Part shown: positions 16,539 to 24,735 of the stretch, piece after piece
How positions within the stretch are numbered: position 1 is the first letter of the stretch
Layout: each line of letters starts with the position of its first letter
NCBI GenBank assembly: GCA_041666645.1
Contig: JBAYGN010000001.1
Location: forward strand, 31,625 to 95,624
Source: Minisyncoccota bacterium
GTDB lineage: Bacteria > Patescibacteriota > Minisyncoccia > Phycocordibacterales > UBA5272
Length of the DNA stretch: 64,000 nucleotides
Direction of reading: 5' to 3'
Notes under the pieces: generated by a model
Databases searched by the model: none
What the model was told of the DNA's origin: nothing
Seen by the model: only the letters and a program-made list of their open reading frames with translations
Program-made: the position numbers and the translations under genes

Positions 16539-17420
16539 CTATAGATTTTGTTCAGCTTCAATAAAAGCATCAATATTACCTTTTTCTAAAACACTTTCGA
16601 CATCACTGGTTTCATAATCTGTGCGATGATCTTTTACCATTTTGTAAGGATGTAAGACATAAGAACGAATTTGATTCCCCCACTCAATTTCTGTTGTTTT
16701 ACTAATTTGTCTACCTTCAATTTCAGCTTTTCTTTTTTCTTCTTCTAATTTGTATAACTTAGCCGAAAGGATTTCTAGCGCTTTTTGTTTATTTTGGTCT
16801 TGTTGACGTTCAGTTGCTACATGCACCGCAATGTTTGTAGGAATGTGTACAACGCGCACGGCTGTTTCGCGCTTATTTACATTTTGACCGCCTGGTCCAC
16901 TTGATTTAGATGTTTCAATACGAATTTCGTCTTGTGGTATTGCTTTACGCTCAGTGGCTGGAATAACTGGCAATATTTCTACCATTGCAAAAGATGTGTG
17001 ACGTTTAGCATTTGCATTAAATGGAGAAATACGAACAAGGCGATGCACGCCAGATTCATTTTTTAAAAGACCGTATGCGTTTTTTCCAATTACTTCTAAT
17101 GTTATATTCCTATACCCTCCGTGGTCATTTTTATTATCGTGAAGAATTGAATATGAAAACCCTTTATTTGAAAAATATGCTTCATACATACTGAGTAACA
17201 TTCTTGCGAAGTCTTCACTATCATCTCCTCCAGCGCCAGCGAGAATAGTCATGATAGCGTTTCCTTTATCTAGAGCATTTACCCCGTCACGTAAATCCTT
17301 TAACTCTTTTAGTCTCTTAATTACTTCTTGAGCTTTTTCTTTGTCATTCCAGAAAGAAACATTGTTCATGTTATCCTCGAGTTCTGCGATTTCAAGATTT
17401 ATATCCATGCTAGTTTCCAT
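16539..17420 (-). CDS. prfB: peptide chain release factor 2 (short N-terminus, no frameshift site seen)
   Basis: 293 aa. SPF motif (RISPFNA) specific for RF2, and GGQ motif (SSGPGGQNVNK). Confidence 0.85.
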   Translation of the reverse strand: METSMDINLEIAELEDNMNNVSFWNDKEKAQEVIKRLKELKDLRDGVNALDKGNAIMTILAGAGGDDSEDFARMLLSMYEAYFSNKGFSYSILHDNKNDHGGYRNITLEVIGKNAYGLLKNESGVHRLVRISPFNANAKRHTSFAMVEILPVIPATERKAIPQDEIRIETSKSSGPGGQNVNKRETAVRVVHIPTNIAVHVATERQQDQNKQKALEILSAKLYKLEEEKRKAEIEGRQISKTTEIEWGNQIRSYVLHPYKMVKDHRTDYETSDVESVLEKGNIDAFIEAEQNL

Positions 17421-17464
17421 AATATATAAAGTATATCAAAAAAATACCACCTTGAGTGGTGGTA

Positions 17465-17785
17465 TTAGAAACTATTTTTTTGCTTTTTCTTTAAGAGAGC
17501 TATCGTCCCAGACTGGGAAAGAAAATATACTGGAGTATCTTTTTCAAGAACTTGATCAGTAAACCTAACAATTTCCTTAGTGATATACCCTTCATCTAAT
17601 AAAATTTTTACCGCCCCCTTAACTTTTCCGATACTCACTGGTGGTAAAAATTTTTTGATGAAATCAAATGGTGGTGGATATTTTTGCAAATATCTTTTAT
17701 GGATTTCCTCTATGGTTAATTTTCGTTCATTAATGCAAAGGAGCACATGACGAACGAAGATATCGTCTAAAAAGTTCGTTTTCAT
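17465..17785 (-). CDS. hypothetical small protein, possibly winged-helix DNA-binding
   Basis: 106-aa ORF directly distal to the tRNA-Thr-linked repeat array. The wHTH suggestion is pattern-based only (KILLDEGYITKEIV...). Confidence 0.4.
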   Translation of the reverse strand: MKTNFLDDIFVRHVLLCINERKLTIEEIHKRYLQKYPPPFDFIKKFLPPVSIGKVKGAVKILLDEGYITKEIVRFTDQVLEKDTPVYFLSQSGTIALLKKKQKNSF

Positions 17786-17842
17786 ATGAACCCCTCCTGT
17801 TATTTCAGATTAACTAAAATTATCTTTTCTGTCTAGGGTTAA

Positions 17843-17988
17843 AGTTATATGCAGAATCGGTCACAACTTCTCCTTACTTATTTTTTGAGCCAAAAGCAAC
17901 CTTCGCGAGCTCTCCTCCACAAGGAAACTATCGTTTCCCTGACACCCTTCAAAACCTTCTGTCTCAAAAAGCTTCGCTTATTTTTTTG
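17843..17988 (-). repeat. degenerate second unit of the tRNA-Thr-linked array
   Basis: Ends (minus sense) with GGAGAAGTTGTGACC-GATTCTGC (plus 17851-17875). Contains GAGACAGAAGG, a GAA-looped hairpin remnant and TTGGCTCAAAAAATAAG remnants of the proximal unit. Confidence 0.55.
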
Positions 17989-18153
17989 AGCCAGAAGGCA
18001 GAATCGGTCACGAAACTTCTCCTCGCATGCTCGTCGATAAAGTTTCGCTACCCCGTATTCGATTCTGTAAGACGTGAAGCAGTTCACGTCTACCTAAATT
18101 TGATAAAACAAATTTAGGCCTTCTGGCTCAAAAAAGCTTCGCTTATTTTTTTG
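17989..18153 (-). repeat. structured tRNA-like unit downstream of tRNA-Thr(CGT)
   Basis: Minus strand: GCCAGAA-GG-CCTAAATTTG(TTTTATC)AAATTTAGG-T-AGACGTGAA(CTGC)TTCACGTCT-TA-CAGAATCG-AATACGG-GGTAGCGAAACTT-TATCGACGAGCATGCGAGGAG-AAGTTTCGTGACC-GATTCTG-CC-TTCTGGC-T. A ~45-nt direct repeat (17962-18006 vs 18127-18171) includes the tRNA 3' end. Confidence 0.8.
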
Positions 18154-18226
18154 AGCCAGAAGGCAGAATCGAACTGCCGACCTTCTCGTTACGAGTGAGA
18201 TGCTCTACCAACTGAGCTATTCTGGC
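18154..18226 (-). tRNA. tRNA-Thr (anticodon CGT)
   Basis: Minus strand: GCCAGAA TA GCTC AGTTGGTA GAGC A TCTCA CTCGTAA CGAGA AGGTC GGCAG TTCGATT CTGCC TTCTGGC T. One A-C mismatch closes the anticodon stem. Confidence 0.85.
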
Positions 18227-18231
18227 TTTGG

Positions 18232-18304
18232 AGCCGTTGGCCAGAATCGAACTGGCGACCTTTTCCTTACCATGGAAATGCTCTACCAACTGAGCTACAA
18301 CGGC
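18232..18304 (-). tRNA. tRNA-Thr (anticodon GGT)
   Basis: Minus strand: GCCGTTG TA GCTC AGTTGGTA GAGC A TTTCC ATGGTAA GGAAA AGGTC GCCAG TTCGATT CTGGC CAACGGC T. Confidence 0.9.
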
Positions 18305-18333
18305 TTGGTGAAACAGGTCTTATTTTAGCAAAC

Positions 18334-18546
18334 TTAACCAATACTCACAATTTTTGATGGGGAATGGTGTCCACTTACTATACGAACGGACTGATTTGGA
18401 AAATTTTCACGAATAATGGAAAGCACACGTGTATTTGCTGCATTATTTTCTGCAGGAACTTTTACCCAAACATGCCAAGAGTCTTCAGAGGTTTTTTCTA
18501 CTAATTCTTTTTTTGAATCAGGTATTACTTTAATTTTTAGATACAT
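18334..18546 (-). CDS. DUF167 (YggU-like) family protein
   Basis: 70 aa. KIKVIPDSKKELVEK...WVKVPAENNAANTRVLSII...VRIVSGHHSPSKIV matches the DUF167 pattern. Confidence 0.65.
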   Translation of the reverse strand: MYLKIKVIPDSKKELVEKTSEDSWHVWVKVPAENNAANTRVLSIIRENFPNQSVRIVSGHHSPSKIVSIG

Positions 18547-19228
18547 CTTTCTTTTTTCCGATTACATTTTCTTTCTTGGCTCTATACTCTTCAATCAATT
18601 TATGATTTCCAGAAAGCAAAACTTTTGGCACGCGATATTTCTTTCCTTTGTATTCATAAACCTCTGGACGAGCATACATTTCGTGACTAGCGGTACGAGT
18701 CTCCTCAAGAGAGTCTTCGGCATGAAGTACACCCTTAATTTGACGTGTGATAGCGTCAATACAGACCATGGCTGGAAGTTCTCCGCCAGTTAGTACATAT
18801 TCTCCGATACTCCATTCTTTGGCCTTCAGAATCTTCTTTACACGTGCATCTATCCCTTCATAGCGACCGGAAATAAAAATAATATCTGTATATTTTTTAG
18901 AGGAAGCCTTGGCGATGGTGTTTGTAAACATGTCTCCACCAGGATTAAACATTACAATCAAAGTCTTGGCAGTTTTTCTACGAGCGATTTTCTTTTGAAT
19001 AGCTGTCACGCAGTTTATGAGTGGATCAACCCACATAACCATACCAGGACCACCACCATAAGGACGACCGTCGACACGACGATGTTTATCTTCGGTGTAG
19101 TCGCGAAGTGCGTATGTATTTATTTCGATAAGTTTGTTTGCTATAGCGCGACTAATAATCGACTCAGCAAAATAACTCTCGAACATGTCTGGAAAAATTG
19201 TCACAATGTGATATCTCATACTTGACAT
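18530..19228 (-). CDS. trmD: tRNA (guanine37-N1)-methyltransferase TrmD
   Basis: 232 aa. IVTIFPDMF, DGRPYGGGPGMVM, FISGRYEGIDARV, GEYVLTGGELPAMV. Confidence 0.9.
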   Translation of the reverse strand: MSSMRYHIVTIFPDMFESYFAESIISRAIANKLIEINTYALRDYTEDKHRRVDGRPYGGGPGMVMWVDPLINCVTAIQKKIARRKTAKTLIVMFNPGGDMFTNTIAKASSKKYTDIIFISGRYEGIDARVKKILKAKEWSIGEYVLTGGELPAMVCIDAITRQIKGVLHAEDSLEETRTASHEMYARPEVYEYKGKKYRVPKVLLSGNHKLIEEYRAKKENVIGKKKDVSKN

Positions 19229-19251
19229 TGTAGCAAATATATAGCATTAAA

Positions 19252-19278
19252 GCAAAAACACCCTTAAGGTGTTTTTGC
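19252..19278 (-). terminator. 11-bp hairpin between the KH gene and trmD
   Basis: GCAAAAACACC-CTTAA-GGTGTTTTTGC, with T/A runs on both sides. Confidence 0.45.
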
Positions 19279-19286
19279 TTTCTAAA

Positions 19287-19637
19287 TTAAATCCCTTTCA
19301 AATCCTGCATCACTGCATCCACGTCCGATGTATCATACCTCGGTGTGTAAGACTGACTTCCCTCTTCCTCTCTCTTTCCAGACATACCCTCTCGCCCTTC
19401 TGGTTCATTAATTTTTAAATTAACACGAGCATTATTTTTCATACCAACAACACGAAGAAGTGTACGAAGTGCCTTTGCAGTTGCCCCGTCACGCCCAATA
19501 ATTTTACCCATGTCTTCTCCAGCAACATCAAGCGTAATCAAAACACCCATTTCATCAACACGCCTTTCTACCTTTACTTTATCTGGATTATCAACCAACG
19601 CCTTCACTACGTATTCGACAAATTCTTGATCTTTCAT
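19287..19637 (-). CDS. KH-domain RNA-binding protein (KhpA/YlqC-like) with acidic C-terminal extension
   Basis: VVKALVDNPDKVKVE...GKIIGRDGATAKALRTLL is the UPF0109/KH pattern. Lies between rpsP and trmD, as in many bacteria. Confidence 0.75.
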   Translation of the reverse strand: MKDQEFVEYVVKALVDNPDKVKVERRVDEMGVLITLDVAGEDMGKIIGRDGATAKALRTLLRVVGMKNNARVNLKINEPEGREGMSGKREEEGSQSYTPRYDTSDVDAVMQDLKGI

Positions 19638-19717
19638 AATGGTTTTTCTTGTATATTTGTATTACATTTTAAGTGTATCAACAATGAAAGTGTAATGGTA
19701 AAAGTTATGCACAAAAT

Positions 19718-19749
19718 AAAAATCTCTGAGAATTTTCTCAGAGATTTTT
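19718..19749 (-). terminator. 14-bp hairpin after rpsP (bidirectional shape)
   Basis: AAAAATCTCTGAGA-ATTT-TCTCAGAGATTTTT. Confidence 0.5.
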
Positions 19750-19758
19750 ATTTGCAAT

Positions 19759-20058
19759 TTATGCCTTCACTTCCTTCTTTTTTTGGACTGTTTTCTTTGG
19801 AAGAACGTTTACTTTCTTTCCTTCGATAACACCCTTAGAAACCAATAGGTTATGTACTGTTGGAGTTACTTGAGCACCAACTGACATCCAGTGCTTTACG
19901 CGATCTGCCTTTGCTTCAAAGATACCTGCTTTAACATTATAAGTTCCAACAATCTCAGTAAACTGAGAAGTCTTTGGCTTTAGTGTACTCTCGGTAACAA
20001 TAAGACGGAAAGATGGGTCGTTTTTGCGTCCTGTACGTTGTAATCTGATTTTTAACAT
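19759..20058 (-). CDS. rpsP: 30S ribosomal protein S16
   Basis: MLKIRLQRTGRKNDPSFRLIV... is a canonical S16 N-terminus. Confidence 0.9.
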   Translation of the reverse strand: MLKIRLQRTGRKNDPSFRLIVTESTLKPKTSQFTEIVGTYNVKAGIFEAKADRVKHWMSVGAQVTPTVHNLLVSKGVIEGKKVNVLPKKTVQKKKEVKA

Positions 20059-20142
20059 GTGTCATATTCTACCATAATATCTAAAAAAAAGAAACCCCTC
20101 TTCATATCGCCCATTTTTAAATTTGAGCTTATGAAAAAGAGT

Positions 20143-20379
20143 TTATTTTATTTTTAGACGCAGGTAATTTACCACTATACGAACTGGACATCCTCCAGCA
20201 CAACATAGAATGCTTTCTTTCCCCAAAAGTAATTCCCTAGATTTTGGACAATCACATGGTAAATCATAAGGGTTTCCATCTACAAATGCTGGACAATACC
20301 TTTCTTCGTCAGAAGAAATTATCCAGGAGGTTTCTTCTTTTTTAAATAAAACTAAAAGTTCTGATAACGAGGTACTCAT
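20143..20379 (-). CDS. small cysteine-rich hypothetical protein
   Basis: 78-aa ORF with a strong RBS (AAGGAGAG) and 8 Cys (CPAF...CDCP...CCAGGCP). Confidence 0.5.
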   Translation of the reverse strand: MSTSLSELLVLFKKEETSWIISSDEERYCPAFVDGNPYDLPCDCPKSRELLLGKESILCCAGGCPVRIVVNYLRLKIK

Positions 20380-20422
20380 AATGAGCTCTCCTTTCTAGTA
20401 CCTTATTGTAACATAAAACAAA

Positions 20423-22366
20423 TTATGCGACCAAAGCGTAGTCTATGATTCGTAAATCAAGGTTGGCATTCTTAACTTTTATTTTTACTGGTGTACCGAT
20501 TTTCCACTCTATTCCTGTTCTTTCACCAAAGATACGTCCACCTTTTTGGTCATAATTGTAAAAATCATTTCCGCCTAAATCACGGAGGCGTATCATTCCT
20601 TCACATTTACTTGTTTTTTCTTCTACGAAAATACCCCACTCGGAAACACCAGAAACCATACCGTCAAATTCCTGACCAATACGGTACGACATATACTCAA
20701 CCTGCTTATATTTGATACTTCCACGTTCAGCATCTGACGCTTCTTTTTCTCGACGTGACGCTTGCAAACATAGTTTTTCATATAAACCACGCTCTGATTC
20801 AAGTGGGTAATCACCGTCGATTACACGCATAAGCAAACGATGCGTTAACACATCTGGATAACGACGAATAGGAGAAGTAAAATGAGAATAGTAATCGAAA
20901 GCTAGACCGTAGTGACCAACATTTTTGGTACTATAAATAGCCTTTGCCATAGAGCGAGTGATGTGAACTTGGAGAAGTGACTTTTCTGGTCTGCCTTCCA
21001 TTTTTACTAAAAGAGCGTTTAAGTCCTGAGAAGGAATGAGTCCGTCCATAAACCGCACAGTAAACCCAAGACCTCTAATGTATAAGTCCAGATCATGCAT
21101 ACGGTCTGGGTCTGGTTTGTCGTGAATACGATAGATACAAATAGCCTTTCCTTCTCCGTTTTTCTCTTCTTGCTTTTTTGTGATGAATTTACTTACGTAT
21201 TTATTTGCCAAAAGCATGTATTCTTCAATCAACTTATGAGTATCACCGCGAGTTTTGATATAAACATCAATTGGCACACCTTTTTCATCAAGCTTAAATT
21301 TAACCTCGTCAGTTTCTAGTTGAAGCGCTCCGTTATCAAAACGTGCCTTGGTTAACTTCTTCGCAACTGTGTTTAGAATATTTAGTTCATCATAAAAATC
21401 TCCATTCTTTGTATCGAGGGTTTTTTGAGCGTCTTCATAACTATAACGTTTATGAGAACTAATTAGTGAGCGACCATACCATTCATTATGTACAATACCC
21501 TCATCATCAAGTTCAAAGACTGCTGACATAACCAATCTATCTTCACCTTGTACAAGCGAGCACAAATCATTTGATAAAACTTCAGGAAGCATTGGGATAC
21601 ATCTATCAACGAGGTACACAGATGTTTCTCTAGCAATTGCTTCATCGTCAAGAGCCATATTTGGTCTCACATAATAAGACACATCTGCAATATGAATACC
21701 TACCTCGTAACGGCCATTTGCCAATCTTTGAAATGAAATAGCGTCATCAAAATCTTTTGCATCCGCTGGGTCAATTGTAAAAGTTGGTATTTTTCTAAAA
21801 TCCCTACGGCCACTTTTATCATCTTCTGTTATTCCTCTTTTTTTAATATCATTTGCTTCGTTTACAACTTCTTCATTGTGAACATCACTAAAACCGCGCT
21901 CAAGAGCATACGCCAACATTTCCGCGTTGTTATCTCCTGGCTTACCAAGAACAACAGTCACTTCACCAATTGGAGACTTCTTTGGGTCTGTCCAATTAGT
22001 AATCGCCACAATAACCTTCATCCCTACTTCGGCATCTTTACGAGCGTTATTTGGGACAACAATATCCGTATACATTCGTTTATCATCAGGCACCAAGAAA
22101 AACATACCGTTTTCTTCTTCCAAGATACCGGCATAGCCTTTTTTGGCACGTTCAACTATCCTAACAATCTTTCCATATAATTCATCTTCATCTTTAATGT
22201 TTTTTCTTTTTCCAAGAAGCTCCACCTCAACAATGTCACCGTGTAAAGCTGTGTTTAAATGACTATGGTCAACAAAAATAGCCCCATCCTTTTCTAAATC
22301 CGCGACACGCACATACCCATCCCTTCTTGTTGTAAGACTAATTTGGCCAGTTAAAATTCGTTCCAT
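20423..22366 (-). CDS. rnr: ribonuclease R / RNase II-family 3'-5' exoribonuclease
   Basis: 647 aa. RNB catalytic motifs (IDPADAKDFDDAIS, HFTSPIRRYPDVLTHR) and a C-terminal S1 domain (GMVSGVSEWGIFVE). Confidence 0.85.
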   Translation of the reverse strand: MERILTGQISLTTRRDGYVRVADLEKDGAIFVDHSHLNTALHGDIVEVELLGKRKNIKDEDELYGKIVRIVERAKKGYAGILEEENGMFFLVPDDKRMYTDIVVPNNARKDAEVGMKVIVAITNWTDPKKSPIGEVTVVLGKPGDNNAEMLAYALERGFSDVHNEEVVNEANDIKKRGITEDDKSGRRDFRKIPTFTIDPADAKDFDDAISFQRLANGRYEVGIHIADVSYYVRPNMALDDEAIARETSVYLVDRCIPMLPEVLSNDLCSLVQGEDRLVMSAVFELDDEGIVHNEWYGRSLISSHKRYSYEDAQKTLDTKNGDFYDELNILNTVAKKLTKARFDNGALQLETDEVKFKLDEKGVPIDVYIKTRGDTHKLIEEYMLLANKYVSKFITKKQEEKNGEGKAICIYRIHDKPDPDRMHDLDLYIRGLGFTVRFMDGLIPSQDLNALLVKMEGRPEKSLLQVHITRSMAKAIYSTKNVGHYGLAFDYYSHFTSPIRRYPDVLTHRLLMRVIDGDYPLESERGLYEKLCLQASRREKEASDAERGSIKYKQVEYMSYRIGQEFDGMVSGVSEWGIFVEEKTSKCEGMIRLRDLGGNDFYNYDQKGGRIFGERTGIEWKIGTPVKIKVKNANLDLRIIDYALVA

Positions 22367-22397
22367 AATTTATTCAATTATATCATAAAATGATATT

Positions 22398-24626
22398 TTA
22401 TTTTGCGAAACCTTCTGCTTGTTTAAAATCGATAGATAAAAGTTTACTACTTCCATCAACCCCTATTGTTACGCCATAAAGCATGTCACAGTGGTTCATC
22501 GTCTCACGATTGTGAGTAATAACTAACAACTTACTTTTCTCAGCAAGACGTTGTAACATTACACCGTACTTACGTGCATTTGCTTCATCAAGTGGCGCAT
22601 CTGTTTCATCCAAAACCATAAATGGTGGAGGTGTAATTGAAGACATCGCAAATAATAATGCGATAGACACGAGTGCACGCTCCCCTCCTGAGAACATGTT
22701 TATTTCTTTTACTTTTTTGTTTGGAAGCGATACATCAATATCAATTCCCTGTTCAGTCACCTGATTACCTTCTTCATCAATTTTTACCAACTGTGCAAGT
22801 ACAAGTTTGCCTTTTCCTCCGATAAACACTTCTCCGAAGAATTCACTAAATACTTTTGAGACTTCTGTTACTCCAGTTGAAAACTTTTCTTCAAGAGTAG
22901 AAGAAAGCTCTTTAATAAGCACTAGCAACTTTTCTTCGCTTTCTTTTATATCGGCAAGTTCTTTTGTTAGATATTCATCACGTTCACGGGTAGACTTATA
23001 TTCTGCAATAACTTCATCGCGATTTGGCACTCCAGCTTCCTCTATGCGAAGCTTGGAACGTTCAATGGCACGCATTAAGTCATGTTTTGGTGTATCTTTA
23101 TATTTTTCTTCAGCGGTTTTATTTCTGTATTCTAAAACAACACGGCCAACTATTGCTACACCTTCTTGTAATAATGCGTCAAAATGTTGCTTGCGTAGTG
23201 AATACTCGCCTTCTTCTTGTTTACGGAGTGCTATTGTACTATCTAATTCACGCAACTTACTTTCGAGAACCATTACTTTCTTTTCTTCTTCGTGACGTGA
23301 AGTTATGTGTGCTTGAGCTTCTGTATCTATATTATCTATTTTTTCTTGAAGATTAACCATCTCGTGACTGAGTGATTTTTCTTTTTCTTCATGATCTTCG
23401 AGAGCTTTTTCTATTTTAGAAATTTCTTGTCTAATATTTTCTTTTTTAGACGGTTCGCTTGTGGCATGTTTTGTAAAAAAAGTTTCTACTGTATTGTGTA
23501 ATTCGTTTACGTGCTTTTGTGCGTTTGTAACATCTGAATCAGAAAGATATTTCTTTAACCCTTCAAAACCATGAGATATAACTGCATAAGTAGAAGAAAA
23601 ATCATCATTTGAAATGTTTATATCTTTTCGTATTTCTTCTTTCTCAAGCTCTCTTTCAAGGTATCCTTTTTCGGCCGATAATCTTCCTAAGGTTTTTGAA
23701 ACCTGATCACGACGCTCAAGCAATGAACGCATTTCTGCTTGGAGGGTATGTTTTTCTTGAATAGAACTAGATTGTGTATCGTGTGTTTTTTCTTTAAGCA
23801 CTCGTAATTCCTTGCGGATAGAATCCGTAATGAGAAGCATTGCAGAAGATGTGCCTTGTTCTCGGATACGTTCCTCTAAGAGCTTGAGTTCGTACTCTTC
23901 ACGAGTTAGGTAAGCAATTAAAAGTCTGTGCAAGTTTTGTCTTTCTTCTTCTTGGGATTCTATTTTCTTTACCTGACGCTCAAGTAAAGTTAGATGTGGT
24001 TTTATCTCGAGACGCAGAAGCTCAACTTCATGAACGTTAACTTTTACTCTTTCCAATTTACGTTTACTTTCATTCAAACGCATGTGATACACCCGCAACC
24101 CAAGAGCATCTTCTAGAGCTTCTTTTCTGTCGCGTGGAGATGCGAGTAATATTCTGTCAGCTTCACCTTGATTTATTATAGTATGAGCGGAAGAACCAAT
24201 ACCAGCGAATGATAAAAGTTCCTGAACATCTTTTAGACGAAGTTTTGCGTCGTTTAAAAGATAGTCACTGGTTCCGTCAGCATAAATGACACGAGAAAGT
24301 GTGAACTCGTCATATACAAGATATGGGGCGAGTTCAGCACTCATGTGTGTTGTGTCTGGTTTTTCTCGGTTATCTATTACCATAGTCACAGAGGCGCGTG
24401 ACATGGGAGAAATGTGTTCTGAGCCTTTAAAGATAACATCAGAACCAGTTTTACCTCGCATGCTTTTCATGGATTGTTCTCCAAGAACAAAGCGTATAGC
24501 TTCAGCTATGTTGGATTTTCCACTTCCGTTTGGACCAACAACACCAGTAACCTGATGGGTTACATCAAGTGTAGTTTTTTTGGCGAAGGATTTGAAGCCT
24601 TGAATTGTTATGTGTGACAATCTCAT
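22398..24626 (-). CDS. smc: SMC-family chromosome segregation ATPase, short form without recognisable hinge
   Basis: 742 aa. N-terminal head GPNGSGKSNI, C-terminal signature FSGGERALVSIALLFA and Walker B MVLDETDAPLDEAN. The middle is continuous coiled coil. Confidence 0.7.
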   Translation of the reverse strand: MRLSHITIQGFKSFAKKTTLDVTHQVTGVVGPNGSGKSNIAEAIRFVLGEQSMKSMRGKTGSDVIFKGSEHISPMSRASVTMVIDNREKPDTTHMSAELAPYLVYDEFTLSRVIYADGTSDYLLNDAKLRLKDVQELLSFAGIGSSAHTIINQGEADRILLASPRDRKEALEDALGLRVYHMRLNESKRKLERVKVNVHEVELLRLEIKPHLTLLERQVKKIESQEEERQNLHRLLIAYLTREEYELKLLEERIREQGTSSAMLLITDSIRKELRVLKEKTHDTQSSSIQEKHTLQAEMRSLLERRDQVSKTLGRLSAEKGYLERELEKEEIRKDINISNDDFSSTYAVISHGFEGLKKYLSDSDVTNAQKHVNELHNTVETFFTKHATSEPSKKENIRQEISKIEKALEDHEEKEKSLSHEMVNLQEKIDNIDTEAQAHITSRHEEEKKVMVLESKLRELDSTIALRKQEEGEYSLRKQHFDALLQEGVAIVGRVVLEYRNKTAEEKYKDTPKHDLMRAIERSKLRIEEAGVPNRDEVIAEYKSTRERDEYLTKELADIKESEEKLLVLIKELSSTLEEKFSTGVTEVSKVFSEFFGEVFIGGKGKLVLAQLVKIDEEGNQVTEQGIDIDVSLPNKKVKEINMFSGGERALVSIALLFAMSSITPPPFMVLDETDAPLDEANARKYGVMLQRLAEKSKLLVITHNRETMNHCDMLYGVTIGVDGSSKLLSIDFKQAEGFAK

Positions 24627-24735
24627 ATATTAGAAAGTAGAATGTAGAGAGTGGAAGGTAAAAAATACACTCCAAACACAAACACATTCAGATATACAAA
24701 GTATAACACTAGATTTTTATACAGACTGTTGAAAG

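Noticed and set aside
16539-17562. Searched for the prfB programmed frameshift site and an upstream short ORF
   Set aside because: None was found. The ORF is continuous from a plausible ATG.
17878-18087. 69-aa minus-strand ORF
   Set aside because: It lies entirely inside the tRNA-Thr-linked repeat units. Its sequence is explained by the hairpins and repeats, and it has no RBS.
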